Positions 1-11,876 of a stretch of 32,000 nt of DNA are shown one piece after another (the stretch's first letter is position 1; every line of letters starts with the position of its first letter). Position numbers and translations under genes: made by a program. Source of the DNA: Propionibacterium ruminifibrarum (GTDB taxonomy: Bacteria; Actinomycetota; Actinomycetes; Propionibacteriales; Propionibacteriaceae). Under the pieces are notes generated by a model, which was not told where the DNA came from, did not search any database, and saw nothing but the letters and a program-made list of their open reading frames with translations. Location: assembly GCF_900289195.1 (NCBI RefSeq), contig NZ_OMOH01000006.1, positions 60,001 through 92,000 of the forward strand. Direction: 5' to 3'.

Positions 1-1067
1 TCGCCCGGTCGTCGAACTACGAGCTGTACGGGTCGATCTCCAGGCGGCTCATGGATCTCCTCCACGACGTGTCCCCCGCCGTCGAGGCGTACTCGATCGA
101 CGAGGCCTTCATCCGCGTGCAGGCCACCGACCCGGACGGCCTGGCCGCCCTCGGCCACCGGATACGCGCCACGGTGCGGCGGGACCTGGGGATACCGGTG
201 TCCGTGGGGATCGGCCCGACGAAGACCCTCGCGAAGCTCGCCTCCCATGGCGCGAAGCACTCCCGGGCCCTCTGCGGGGTCGCCGTGTGGGACCAGTGCA
301 CCGAGTCCGCCCGGGCACGGATCCTCCAGGCGACACCGGCCGCCGGCGTGTGGGGGGTGGGGCGTCGCACGGCCCGGCGGCTGGCCGCGCGAGGCATCGA
401 CACGGCCGGGCAGCTGCACGGGCAGGACCCCGGCGCCCTCCGGCAGCAGTTCGGCGTGAACCTGGCCCGCACGGTCCTGGAGCTGCGCGGGACACCGTGC
501 ATCGAGACCGCGGACCATGACGCCGACCGGAGCGGCCGGCTGGTGTTCTCCCGGTCGTTCTCCACCCCCGTCACCACGGCGGACCAGATGCACCAGGTGC
601 TGAGCCTGTACGCGCAGCAGCTCACCTCCCGGCTGCGCCGCCAGGGCTCCGTGGCGGGAGCGGTGTGGGCCTTCGCCGCCACGAGCCCGTGCCGGGAACC
701 CTTCCACCAGGTGTCGGCCGCGGCCGAGCTGCCCGAGCGCACCGACGATCCCCTGGCGGTACTGCGGAGCGTGTCCGGGCTGCTGGAGCCGCGGATGGCC
801 GAGGGGGCGCGATACGTGCGGGCGGGGATCTGCCTGTCCGAGCTGGCCCCCGCAGGCCGCCAGGAGCCCCTGCCCGTGTTCGCCGCGGATCCCCGCGGGC
901 GGCGCATCGGCGCCGTGATCGACGAGGTCAACACCCGGGTCGGCCACGGCGCGGTCGGGCTCGGGCTGGCCGGGCTGGCCTGCCCGCCCGACTGGCAGAT
1001 GCGCCGCGGGATGCTCTCCAACCGGGGTACCACCTGCTGGGCGGAGCTGACGACCGTCCGGGCCTGA
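1..1067 (+). CDS. Y-family DNA polymerase, UmuC-like (5' end outside the window)
   Basis: The frame is open from base 3 (ARSSNYELYGSISRRLMDLL...), so the ORF-track Met at 51 is internal. The translation matches UmuC/Y-family motifs as I recall them: SSNYELY, YSIDEAF, GIGPTKTLAKLASHGAK, VWGVGRR. Stop TGA at 1065-1067. Confidence 0.85.
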   Translation, partial: ARSSNYELYGSISRRLMDLLHDVSPAVEAYSIDEAFIRVQATDPDGLAALGHRIRATVRRDLGIPVSVGIGPTKTLAKLASHGAKHSRALCGVAVWDQCTESARARILQATPAAGVWGVGRRTARRLAARGIDTAGQLHGQDPGALRQQFGVNLARTVLELRGTPCIETADHDADRSGRLVFSRSFSTPVTTADQMHQVLSLYAQQLTSRLRRQGSVAGAVWAFAATSPCREPFHQVSAAAELPERTDDPLAVLRSVSGLLEPRMAEGARYVRAGICLSELAPAGRQEPLPVFAADPRGRRIGAVIDEVNTRVGHGAVGLGLAGLACPPDWQMRRGMLSNRGTTCWAELTTVRA

Positions 1068-1219
1068 GCGGGCGGGGCGCGCAGGCGCGCCACTGACATC
1101 CACGGCCCGGACCCATGCCGGGCACCGTTGGACGTGGGCTGCCGCGAGTAGGGTGGGGCCGTTTCTGGCGGGAGCCGCGGTTCGCCGGCCCGCCCCGGTC
1201 TCGACTCGCAGGACTGATC

Positions 1220-2692
1220 ATGACCACACGCACCACCCGGACGGGTCCGGCCACGGACTCCGCGTCCGCCGAGGGGCTGCGTCGTTCGCTACGCGGCCGG
1301 CACCTGACGATGATCTCCATCGGGGGCGCGATCGGCACCGGCCTGTTCGTCGCCTCGGGCAGCACGATCTCCCAGGCCGGGCCGGGCGGCGCGCTGGTGG
1401 CCTACGCGGCGATCGGCGTGATGGTCTGGCTCATCATGCAGTCGCTCGGCGAGATGGCGGCATGTCTTCCGGTGGCCGGCTCATTCGGCGAGTACGGGAC
1501 GCGTTTCGTCTCGCCGTCCTTCGGGTTCGCCATCGGCTGGAACTACTGGTTCAACTGGGCGGTCACGGTGGCGGCCGAGCTGGTGGCGGCCGCCCTGGTG
1601 ATGAAGTTCTGGCTGCCCGACGTGCCCTCGATCGTGTGGTCCGGCCTGTTCCTGCTCATCCTGTTCGGCATCAACGCGCTGTCCACCCGCGCCTACGGTG
1701 AGAGCGAGTTCTGGTTCGCGACCATCAAGGTGGCCGCCGTGGTCGTCTTCCTCGTCCTGGGCGTGGCCATGATCGCCGGAATCCTGGGGGATTCCCCGGG
1801 CGCCGCCAACTGGACGCGGGGCGAGGCCCCCTTCGTCGGCGGCGGCAAGGGGATCCTGCTGGTCCTGCTGGTGGCCGGCTACTCCTTCCAGGGCACCGAG
1901 CTCATCGGTACCGCGGCCGGTGAGGCCGCGCACCCGGAGCGGACGATCCCGCGGGCCATCCGCACGATCTTCTGGCGCATCCTGCTGTTCTACGTCGGGG
2001 CGATCATCGTCATCGGTTTCCTCATCCCCTACACCGACCCGAACCTGCTCAACACCTCGGAGGAGAACGTCTCGATCAGCCCGTTCACGCTCGTCTTCCA
2101 GCGCGTGGGCGTCCTGGGGGCGGCCAGCCTCATGAACGCCGTCATCCTCACCTCGGTGCTCTCGGCCGGCACCTCGGGCCTGTATTCCTCCACGCGCATG
2201 CTCTTCGCGCTGGCCGAGCGGGGCCACGCGCCGCGTTTCCTCAAGCGGCTGAGCCGCCACCAGGTGCCGCTCAACGCCCTGCTGGCGACCACGCTCGTCG
2301 GCCTGACCGGCTTCCTGACCTCGCTGATCGGCGACGGGCGTGCCTACGAACTGCTGCTGACGGTCTCGGCCCTGGCCGGCTTCATCACCTGGGCGGGGAT
2401 CTCGTGGTGCCACTGGAAGTTCCGCGCGGCCCTGAAGGCGCAGAACCACGACCTGGGCGAGTTGCCCTACCGGGCCCGGTTCTTCCCGGCCGGCACCATC
2501 GCCGCCCTGCTGGCCTGCGTGGCGATCATCGCGGGTCAGGCCTACGAACCCGTCGTCTCGGGGGCGTCCCTGTCGGACATCCTCATGTCCTACGTGGGCA
2601 TACCGTTCTTCTTCGCCCTGTGGTGGGGCCACAAGCTGGTGACCCGGGCCCCGAGGGTCGACCCGGCGACGGCCGACCTCGGGCTGGACTGA
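1220..2692 (+). CDS. lysP: APC-family amino acid permease, lysine-specific permease (LysP)-like
   Basis: ORF 1115-2692, with the start placed at ATG 1220 (MTTRTTRTG...). It resembles E. coli LysP over nearly its full length, from memory: RHLTMISIGGAIGTGLFVASGSTISQAGPGGAL, GWNYWFNWAVT, YSFQGTELIG, ISPFTLVFQ, LSAGTSGLYSSTRML. The hydrophobicity pattern suggests 12 TM helices. The symbol is inferred from similarity only. Confidence 0.85.
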   Translation: MTTRTTRTGPATDSASAEGLRRSLRGRHLTMISIGGAIGTGLFVASGSTISQAGPGGALVAYAAIGVMVWLIMQSLGEMAACLPVAGSFGEYGTRFVSPSFGFAIGWNYWFNWAVTVAAELVAAALVMKFWLPDVPSIVWSGLFLLILFGINALSTRAYGESEFWFATIKVAAVVVFLVLGVAMIAGILGDSPGAANWTRGEAPFVGGGKGILLVLLVAGYSFQGTELIGTAAGEAAHPERTIPRAIRTIFWRILLFYVGAIIVIGFLIPYTDPNLLNTSEENVSISPFTLVFQRVGVLGAASLMNAVILTSVLSAGTSGLYSSTRMLFALAERGHAPRFLKRLSRHQVPLNALLATTLVGLTGFLTSLIGDGRAYELLLTVSALAGFITWAGISWCHWKFRAALKAQNHDLGELPYRARFFPAGTIAALLACVAIIAGQAYEPVVSGASLSDILMSYVGIPFFFALWWGHKLVTRAPRVDPATADLGLD

Positions 2693-2743
2693 TGCCCGGC
2701 CGGGTCTCGGCGCTGCCGGCTCGTCCGGGGAGCGGCAGAGGGG

Positions 2744-3271
2744 TCACGGCCGGGGCCGTTCCGCGGCCCGGCCGACGTGCCGCAGCCTCAGCTGGGGGCC
2801 GGGTGAACGCACCGGGGTGAAGCCGCAGCGTTCCAGGACGGCGATCGAGGGGGCGTTGTCGGGATCCACGTCGGCGAGCACCGTCGCGCACCCGTTGGCG
2901 TGCGCCCAGTCCAGCAGGGCGGTCAGCGCCTCGCTCATGTAGCCCCGGTGCTGGGCGCTCGCCGCGAGGCCGTAGCCGATCTCGGCCGCCCCCCGCAGAT
3001 CCGGCGGGGCGTGGAAGCCGATGTCGCCGACGACCAGCCCGTCGCGCCGACGCACGATCATGTACATGCCGTAGCCGGGCACCCAGTTGTCGAACTCGAT
3101 GGCGGCCCTGGCCAGGCGGGCCGCGCTGCTCGTGTCGGCGTGCGGATAACCGGGGGCGCACGGCAGGGGGCACACCCCCTCGGCGAGCGCCTGGGCCTGG
3201 GCCGGGTCGACGCCGACCAGGTCCAGTCGTCGTGTGCGCAGCACGATCGGCTGCCAGGGCTGGGCGGTCAT
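2744..3271 (-). CDS. GNAT family N-acetyltransferase (RimJ/RimL-like)
   Basis: Only the C-terminal 175 codons of minus ORF 2744-5962 look like real protein: MTAQPWQPIVLRTRRLDL...GDIGFH...EIGYGLAASAQHRGYMSEALTALLDWAH...ADVDPDNAPSIAVLERCGF. This is a typical Acetyltransf_3/GNAT pattern. ATG at 3271; an alternative ATG at 3289 is possible. Confidence 0.75.
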   Translation of the reverse strand: MTAQPWQPIVLRTRRLDLVGVDPAQAQALAEGVCPLPCAPGYPHADTSSAARLARAAIEFDNWVPGYGMYMIVRRRDGLVVGDIGFHAPPDLRGAAEIGYGLAASAQHRGYMSEALTALLDWAHANGCATVLADVDPDNAPSIAVLERCGFTPVRSPGPQLRLRHVGRAAERPRP

Positions 3272-3463
3272 GACCCCATCCTGACCCATCCCGGCCGGTG
3301 GCCGGGGCCCGGCTGCCAAGCCGTCGGCGGAATCGACCGCTCGCGGGGCGCATCGGACGTGCAACCGGCTTGCCGCCCACCCCCGGCAGGAGCGGCAACT
3401 CCATAAAATGAGTGGGCCGGGCCGCCGTGACGACCCGGCCCCCGAGTAGACCAACGGAACCGC

Positions 3464-4696
3464 ATGTCCAACACCGAGCAGAACCCGTCCACCACCTCCG
3501 CGTCCCTGAGCCCGGGACTGCTGTGCGTCCTGGCCCTCCTGTCGGCGGCTCCCCCGCTGGGCACCGACATGTACCTGTCGACCTTCGTCCAGATGGCCGC
3601 CGACCTGAACACCTCGGCCTCGGCGGTGCAGCTGACACTGACCAGTTTCATGGTGGGCATGGGCGCCGGCCAGCTCATCGCCGGGCCCGTCTCCGACGCC
3701 ACGGGCCGGCGCCCGGTCCTGCTCCTCGGCACCGGCCTGCTGTTCGCCGCCTCGGCCCTGACCATCGTCGCACCCGGCATCGGCCTGCTCATCGCGCTGC
3801 GCCTGCTCACGGGGCTCGGCGGCGGGGCCGCCGTGGCGCTGGCCCGCACGGTCGTGGCCGACAGGGCGCACGGGATCGCGGCGGCGAAGGCCTTCTCGAT
3901 GCTCATGATGATCCAGGGCATCGCCCCGGTCGCGGCCCCCGTCGTCGGCGGGCTGCTCGCCACCCACGGCGGCTGGCGGGGCATCTTCGCCGTCATCACC
4001 GCCTGCAATCTGGCCGCCTTCGTCCTGACGGCCACCAGCATCCAGGAGACGCTGCCCCCTGAACGGCGCAACCACGACGGCCCCCGCGCCTTCTTCGCAG
4101 TGGCCGGCAGGGTCGTGTCGAACCGCCGGTTCATGGGCTTCACCCTCGTCACCGCGTTCGGTTTCGGCGTCATGTTCGCCTACATCTCGGGCTCCCCCTT
4201 CGTCCTGCAGGAGACCTATGGGCTGAACCAGCTCACCTACGCGCTGCTCTTCGGCAGCGGGGCCCTGTGGATGACGATCGTCTCGGGGGCCAACGCCCGG
4301 CTCGTCGACCGGTTCCCCGTGCGCTCGGTGCTCGGCACGGGCCTGGTGATCATGACGTGCGCGGCGCTGGCCTTCCTGGCCGCCGGTCTCGTCCGTGCCC
4401 CGCTGTGGTGCATCGTCGGCTGCATGCTCACCACCGTCACCGGCGTGGCCCTGGTCCTCGGCAACGCCACCGCGCTGGCCACCGACGCGCTCGGCGGGCA
4501 CGCGACCGGCACCGGCTCCGGCCTGCTCGGCGCCATCCAGTTCCTCATCGCCGGGTGCATCTCCCCGCTGGTCGGTCTGGCCTCCGACCCCACGACCGGG
4601 ATGGCGATCGTCATGCTGGTGTGCCTGGCCGTCGTCCTGGGGGCCGGCCTCCCGCTGGCGCGCGCCGGTTCGGCCGCCGCGCCCGATGGTGCCTAG
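3464..4696 (+). CDS. MFS transporter, Bcr/CflA drug-resistance subfamily-like
   Basis: 410 aa with a 12-TM profile. N-terminal signature GTDMYLSTFVQMAADL, then GAGQLIAGPVSDATGRRPVLL (MFS motif A-like). It is divergent from the GNAT gene. Confidence 0.85.
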   Translation: MSNTEQNPSTTSASLSPGLLCVLALLSAAPPLGTDMYLSTFVQMAADLNTSASAVQLTLTSFMVGMGAGQLIAGPVSDATGRRPVLLLGTGLLFAASALTIVAPGIGLLIALRLLTGLGGGAAVALARTVVADRAHGIAAAKAFSMLMMIQGIAPVAAPVVGGLLATHGGWRGIFAVITACNLAAFVLTATSIQETLPPERRNHDGPRAFFAVAGRVVSNRRFMGFTLVTAFGFGVMFAYISGSPFVLQETYGLNQLTYALLFGSGALWMTIVSGANARLVDRFPVRSVLGTGLVIMTCAALAFLAAGLVRAPLWCIVGCMLTTVTGVALVLGNATALATDALGGHATGTGSGLLGAIQFLIAGCISPLVGLASDPTTGMAIVMLVCLAVVLGAGLPLARAGSAAAPDGA

Positions 4697-4705
4697 ACTG
4701 GGCCG

Positions 4706-6193
4706 GTGACCGACGAAGCAGCGCATCACGGCCAGTCCCGCAGGGCACGGGCACGTGCCTGGACGGACAGCCACTGCACCGGGCTGCTGGCACTCATGTG
4801 CCTCCTCGCGTTGGCCGCCTATCTGACCGTCAGCCTGCTCAAGTACGCCCGTCTCGGCGACGGCATGGACCTGACGATCTTCGACCAGGCCATCCGCTCC
4901 CTGGCGCGGGGCGAACCCGGGTACACGGCGATGAAGTCGCCGGGCATGTCGATCTTCGGCGACCACTGGCACCCGATCATCGCGGTGCTGGTGCCGTGCT
5001 ACTGGCTCTGGGACGACCCCCGCGTGCTGCTCATCGCGCAGGCGGTCTGCGTGGTGTGGGCCGGCTGGGTGCTCGGCCGCCTCGCCCAGCGGCGCATCGG
5101 CGCCGGGCCGGCGCTGGCCATCACCGCCGCCTGGCTGTGCGCGCTCGGCACGCAGTCGGCGATCATCTTCGACTTCCACGAGGTCGCGCTCGGCCTGCCA
5201 CTGCTCGCCTACGCGCTGAGCGCCTTCTGCCGGCTGCGATGGGGCCTGTTCTGGGCCCTGGCGGCCTCGCTCATGCTCGTCAAGGAGGACATGTGCTTCC
5301 TGGTGGGCGGCCTGGCGATCGCGCTGCTGGTACGCCGCCGGATCAGGGCCGGCCTGGGCCTCGGGGTCTTCGCCGTGGCCTGGACGGCCGCCGCAGTCTT
5401 CGTGGTCATCCCCCGCATCAACCCGGAGCACGTGTACGCCTACCTGGGCTCGCTGGGCACCGTCACCGTCGAGGGCGTCCAGGAGGCCGGGCACCCGGCC
5501 TGGTACGGTCCGCTGTCGACGCTCGGCACCGCCGCCGTCCTCCTCGCCGCGACCGGGTTCGTCGCCGCCCGGTCGGCGCTGATCTGGGGATTCATCGGGT
5601 CCTTCGCCGTACGCGCCCTGTCGAAGAACCCGCAGCACTGGACGACTGGTTTCCACTACAACCTGATGCCGATGCTCGTCGCCTGCTTCGCCTTCGTCGA
5701 CGCCTGGCCGCGTCTGGCGTCCAGGGCCGAGGCCCTGGGGCGGACCGGGTCCCGGGGCCTTCGGGCCCGGGTGGTCCGGGCCTGGCGGGCGCTGGCCCTG
5801 CCCGTCGTCGTCGCCGTCGCCCTGGTGTCGATCCCGGCCGGCGCCGTGCTCCACGACCTGACCGGCAAGGCCTGCGGGGCGGCCTGCGTGGAACTGGACG
5901 AGGCGACGGCGATGATTCCCGCCGGTTCGTGGGTGGGGGCCGACGTCTACCTGACGAACCACCTGGCGGACCGTTTCGAGGTGAGCCAGTGGCGCCCCAC
6001 CGACGGCTACCTCGACGACCTGGGCAAACCGGTCGACCCGGAATGGCTCGTCCTGAACCTGGAGACGATCAGCTACGAGAACGAGACCAGTTCGTGGGTG
6101 CAGGAGTTCCTGGACGACCCCGTCGTGCGCGGCGCCCGCTACGAGGTCCGGTGGGCCGGGGAGGCGATCGTCGTCCTGCAGCGGGAGGGCTGA
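4706..6193 (+). CDS. DUF2079-like polytopic membrane protein (uncharacterised)
   Basis: 495 aa starting at GTG, 9 nt after the MFS stop. Multi-TM N-terminal two thirds plus a soluble C-terminal domain. The N-terminal pattern (YARLGDGMDLTIFDQAIRSL...FGDHWHPIIAVLVPCYWLW) matches my memory of the DUF2079 family. The family assignment needs an HMM check. Confidence 0.7.
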   Translation: MTDEAAHHGQSRRARARAWTDSHCTGLLALMCLLALAAYLTVSLLKYARLGDGMDLTIFDQAIRSLARGEPGYTAMKSPGMSIFGDHWHPIIAVLVPCYWLWDDPRVLLIAQAVCVVWAGWVLGRLAQRRIGAGPALAITAAWLCALGTQSAIIFDFHEVALGLPLLAYALSAFCRLRWGLFWALAASLMLVKEDMCFLVGGLAIALLVRRRIRAGLGLGVFAVAWTAAAVFVVIPRINPEHVYAYLGSLGTVTVEGVQEAGHPAWYGPLSTLGTAAVLLAATGFVAARSALIWGFIGSFAVRALSKNPQHWTTGFHYNLMPMLVACFAFVDAWPRLASRAEALGRTGSRGLRARVVRAWRALALPVVVAVALVSIPAGAVLHDLTGKACGAACVELDEATAMIPAGSWVGADVYLTNHLADRFEVSQWRPTDGYLDDLGKPVDPEWLVLNLETISYENETSSWVQEFLDDPVVRGARYEVRWAGEAIVVLQREG

Positions 6194-6214
6194 GCCGCCT
6201 GGGCCGGGCCCTGC

Positions 6215-6865
6215 TCAGACGATGACGTAGCGGACGAGGACCATGCCGGCCAGGACGAGCAGGAAGGCGATGGTGATGATCCAGTCGTTGCCGCTCGCGA
6301 TGAACCAGCGCAGGCGCGCGCTGCCCGGCAGCACGTGGTCGCGGATGTTCAGCCGTGTCAGGCCGGCCCACACCAGTGTCGTGGTGACCGTGATGAGCAG
6401 GCACCACGGGCACAGCGCGTGGATGACGAAGTAGGACTGGCTGAACAGCCACAGGGCGAAGAGCAGCGCCACCGTGTAGAGCGCCTCGGCGCACCGCATG
6501 TACCAGCGCGGAAAGCGCACCCCGGCGACGGTGGCCACCGAGATGGCCAGCACGACGCCCTCGAACAGGATGCCGAGGAAGGCGTTCGGGAAACCGAGCA
6601 GGGTGGCCTGCCAGGTGCTGGCGACGGTGACGCAGCTGATGCGCTCGTTGATGTCGCAGGCCAGGTCGAGCCCGGGGTCGCCGGCCAGCTCCCAGGCCTC
6701 GATGGACAGCTTGAACGAGACGAACAGGCCCACCAGGCCGGAGACGATCATCTCAGTGGCGGTGCGGGCCCGCCACCGCTGGGGTGCCGGGCCGGCCAGC
6801 TCAGGATCGAGCTCGACCGTCCCGGAGGATTCGAGATCTGCTGCCACGCTTTGCTCCTCGTGCAT
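6215..6865 (-). CDS. vitamin K epoxide reductase (VKOR) family protein, DsbB-type disulfide oxidoreductase analogue
   Basis: ORF 6215-6919, with the start placed at ATG 6865 (MHEEQS...); GTG 6919 is an alternative. Loop cysteine pair in LACDINERISC and active-site CxxC in HALCPWCLL within a TM helix. Profile of 4-5 TM helices. Confidence 0.8.
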   Translation of the reverse strand: MHEEQSVAADLESSGTVELDPELAGPAPQRWRARTATEMIVSGLVGLFVSFKLSIEAWELAGDPGLDLACDINERISCVTVASTWQATLLGFPNAFLGILFEGVVLAISVATVAGVRFPRWYMRCAEALYTVALLFALWLFSQSYFVIHALCPWCLLITVTTTLVWAGLTRLNIRDHVLPGSARLRWFIASGNDWIITIAFLLVLAGMVLVRYVIV

Positions 6866-7022
6866 CTGCTCGGCTCTGGATCGCGCCCCCGCCGGGCGCC
6901 CAGTCGAGCATACCTGCACCGAACCCGGCGCCGATCACGGCGAACGCACCGGGCGGCCCCGGTCCGGGGAGGTCGGCTGCGCTGCCGCAGTCACACTGAC
7001 GGCGTCGTCACGGTGACGGCAA

Positions 7023-7056
7023 AGGGCCCGCTCCCCACGGAAGGGGAGCGGGCCCT
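7023..7056 (-). terminator. stem-loop terminator downstream of tuf
   Basis: Perfect 14-bp inverted repeat: AGGGCCCGCTCCCC (7023-7036), 6-nt loop, GGGGAGCGGGCCCT (7043-7056). It lies 24 nt past the tuf stop on the minus strand and is followed by UUGCC. Confidence 0.6.
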
Positions 7057-7079
7057 GCGCCTGATGCTCGGGAATCAGC

Positions 7080-8270
<1,191 letters not shown>

Positions 8271-8428
8271 TGGGGCTCCTTCATGATGTCGCGTCACGCT
8301 GGCTTGCGGGACGCCCGTGTTGACTACTGCGGGGATTCCCCCGCAGTTCTGGTTGTATCAGTTCCCGGTACCGGCCGGTGAAATACCGGGCACGATAACG
8401 CATGGGCACGCGCCCACGAACTTTTGCA

Positions 8429-8457
8429 ATTTTGGTCCTTCCCCGCGGCATAGTCAA
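8429..8457 (-). promoter_or_regulatory. candidate tuf-proximal promoter (-35 TTGACT, 17 nt spacer, -10 CAAAAT)
   Basis: The minus strand reads TTGACT (8457-8452), a 17-nt spacer, then CAAAAT (8434-8429). This sits just downstream of the post-fusA hairpin and about 160 nt upstream of the tuf start. Called from sequence pattern only. Confidence 0.3.
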
Positions 8458-8476
8458 ACGCCCCGGGAGGGACCGG

Positions 8477-8506
8477 GTCCGCCCGCCGCACGCGCGGCGG
8501 GCGGAC
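8477..8506 (-). terminator. GC-rich stem-loop between fusA and tuf (partial terminator or processing site)
   Basis: Perfect 13-bp inverted repeat: GTCCGCCCGCCGC (8477-8489), 4-nt loop, GCGGCGGGCGGAC (8494-8506). It lies 12 nt after the fusA stop and has no U-tract. Confidence 0.45.
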
Positions 8507-8518
8507 GTGGTGGTCGGT

Positions 8519-10621
<2,103 letters not shown>

Positions 10622-10714
10622 TGGATCAAACCTCTATTTCTTGGTCTTGGTTGAACGATCCGCCCCGGAGCAGGGCGGCGCCCCCGCCACTGCGAGCGGG
10701 GGCCTTTGCTGCGA

Positions 10715-11185
10715 TTACCAGCGGTAATGGGCGAAGGCCCGGTTGGCCTCCGCCATGCGGTGGGTGTCCTCGCGCCTCTTGACCGAGGCGCCCAGGCCAT
10801 TGCTGGCGTCCAGGATCTCGTTCATGAGACGCTCGGCCATGGTCTTCTCGCGACGCGCGCGGGCGAAGCTCACGAGCCAGCGCATGGCCAGCGTGTTCGA
10901 CCGCGCGGGCTTGACCTCGACGGGCACCTGATAGGTGGCGCCGCCAACCCGGCGGGAGCGGACCTCGACCGAGGGCTTGACGTTGTCAAGGGCCTTCTTG
11001 AGGGTCTGCACCGGGTCGACGCCGGTCTTCTCACGGGTGCCCTCGAGGGCGGTGTAGACGATGCGCTGGGCGGTGGTCTTCTTGCCGTCGAGCAGGATCT
11101 TGCTCACGAGCTGGGAGACCAGCGGGGAGCTGTACACCGGGTCGATGATGACGGGGCGCTTGGGCGCGGGTCCCTTGCGAGGCAT
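10715..11185 (-). CDS. rpsG: 30S ribosomal protein S7
   Basis: The last 156 codons of ORF 10715-11704 read [20 protein letters not shown]...[13 protein letters not shown]. The ATG at 11185 overlaps the rpsL stop (TAATG). Confidence 0.97.
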   Translation of the reverse strand: MPRKGPAPKRPVIIDPVYSSPLVSQLVSKILLDGKKTTAQRIVYTALEGTREKTGVDPVQTLKKALDNVKPSVEVRSRRVGGATYQVPVEVKPARSNTLAMRWLVSFARARREKTMAERLMNEILDASNGLGASVKRREDTHRMAEANRAFAHYRW

Positions 11186-11556
11186 TACTTCTCCTTCTTC
11201 GCGCCGTAGCGGCTGCGGGCCTGCTTGCGGCCCTTGACACCCTGGGTGTCGAGGGCGCCGCGGATGATCTTGTAACGGACGCCAGGCAGATCCTTCACGC
11301 GGCCGCCGCGCACGAGCACCATCGAGTGCTCCTGCAGGTTGTGGCCGATGCCGGGAATGTAGGCGGTGACCTCGACTCCGGAGCTGAGACGGACGCGGGC
11401 GACCTTGCGAAGCGCCGAGTTCGGCTTCTTCGGGGTCGTCGTGTAGACACGCGTGCACACGCCACGGCGCTGGGGCGATCCCTTGAGCGCCGGCGTCTTG
11501 GCCTTGCTGACCTTGTCGGTGCGGCCCTTTCGGACCAGCTGCTGAATAGTGGGCAC
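11185..11556 (-). CDS. rpsL: 30S ribosomal protein S12
   Basis: 123 aa, [11 protein letters not shown]...[19 protein letters not shown]...[16 protein letters not shown] start at 11556. Confidence 0.97.
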   Translation of the reverse strand: MPTIQQLVRKGRTDKVSKAKTPALKGSPQRRGVCTRVYTTTPKKPNSALRKVARVRLSSGVEVTAYIPGIGHNLQEHSMVLVRGGRVKDLPGVRYKIIRGALDTQGVKGRKQARSRYGAKKEK

Positions 11557-11842
11557 CTGCTGGTATCTCTTTCGTTGTTAGAGGGATTCTCCTGATGGTG
11601 CAACTCCCCCAGCAACCCGACCGCCGCACCCAGCAACCGATGCGCGTTCGAAGGACGATGGGTCGTTGCCGCACACACCCGGGCACCACCAGGCCGCCTC
11701 GCAACGTTCAGGAACCGGGCCGTGAGGGCATGTGCTTCATCCGGGCAAACCGAACCAAGTCACAAGTTTACGCGGCGCGGCGCCGGTTGGCAAAAACATG
11801 GCGCACCGCCCGGCCGGGCGCGCGATCGGCCGGGCACCAGTG

Positions 11843-11871
11843 AGATCTGTCATACGAACCCGGTGACAGAT
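11843..11871 (+). promoter_or_regulatory. 9-11-9 inverted repeat upstream of the ABC/two-component operon (candidate operator)
   Basis: GATCTGTCA (11843-11851), 11-nt spacer, TGACAGATC (11863-11871). The arms are perfect and the repeat lies 42 nt upstream of ATG 11913. Confidence 0.3.
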
Positions 11872-11876
11872 CGTAC

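Noticed and set aside
1068-1219. Possible lysine (L-box) riboswitch in the 152-nt leader of the LysP-like permease
   Set aside because: I could not find the conserved L-box core elements or the multi-helix architecture by eye, and the leader is shorter than typical L-boxes. A covariance-model scan for the lysine riboswitch would settle it.
3404-3441. TAAAAT hexamer (3404-3409) and an 8-bp hairpin GGGCCGGG-N12-CCCGGCCC (3414-3441) in the GNAT/MFS divergent spacer, as a promoter plus regulatory structure
   Set aside because: The hexamer is a plausible -10 for the MFS gene, but there is no matching -35. The hairpin is short and made of generic GC-rich sequence. The evidence is too weak to call a feature.
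3272-5962. Upstream 900 codons of the 1072-aa minus-strand ORF 2744-5962
   Set aside because: Only the last 175 codons (the GNAT gene) look like protein. The rest is R/G/P/D/E/H-rich and lies antisense to the well-supported MFS and DUF2079-like genes.
11186-11704. Extension of the rpsG frame to 329 aa, and the small ORFs 11595-11843 and 11722-11916 in the rpsL/ABC spacer
   Set aside because: The extension overlaps rpsL out of frame. The spacer ORFs are short, highly basic, lack ribosome-binding sites and have no recognisable motifs. The region is better explained as divergent promoter and leader DNA.
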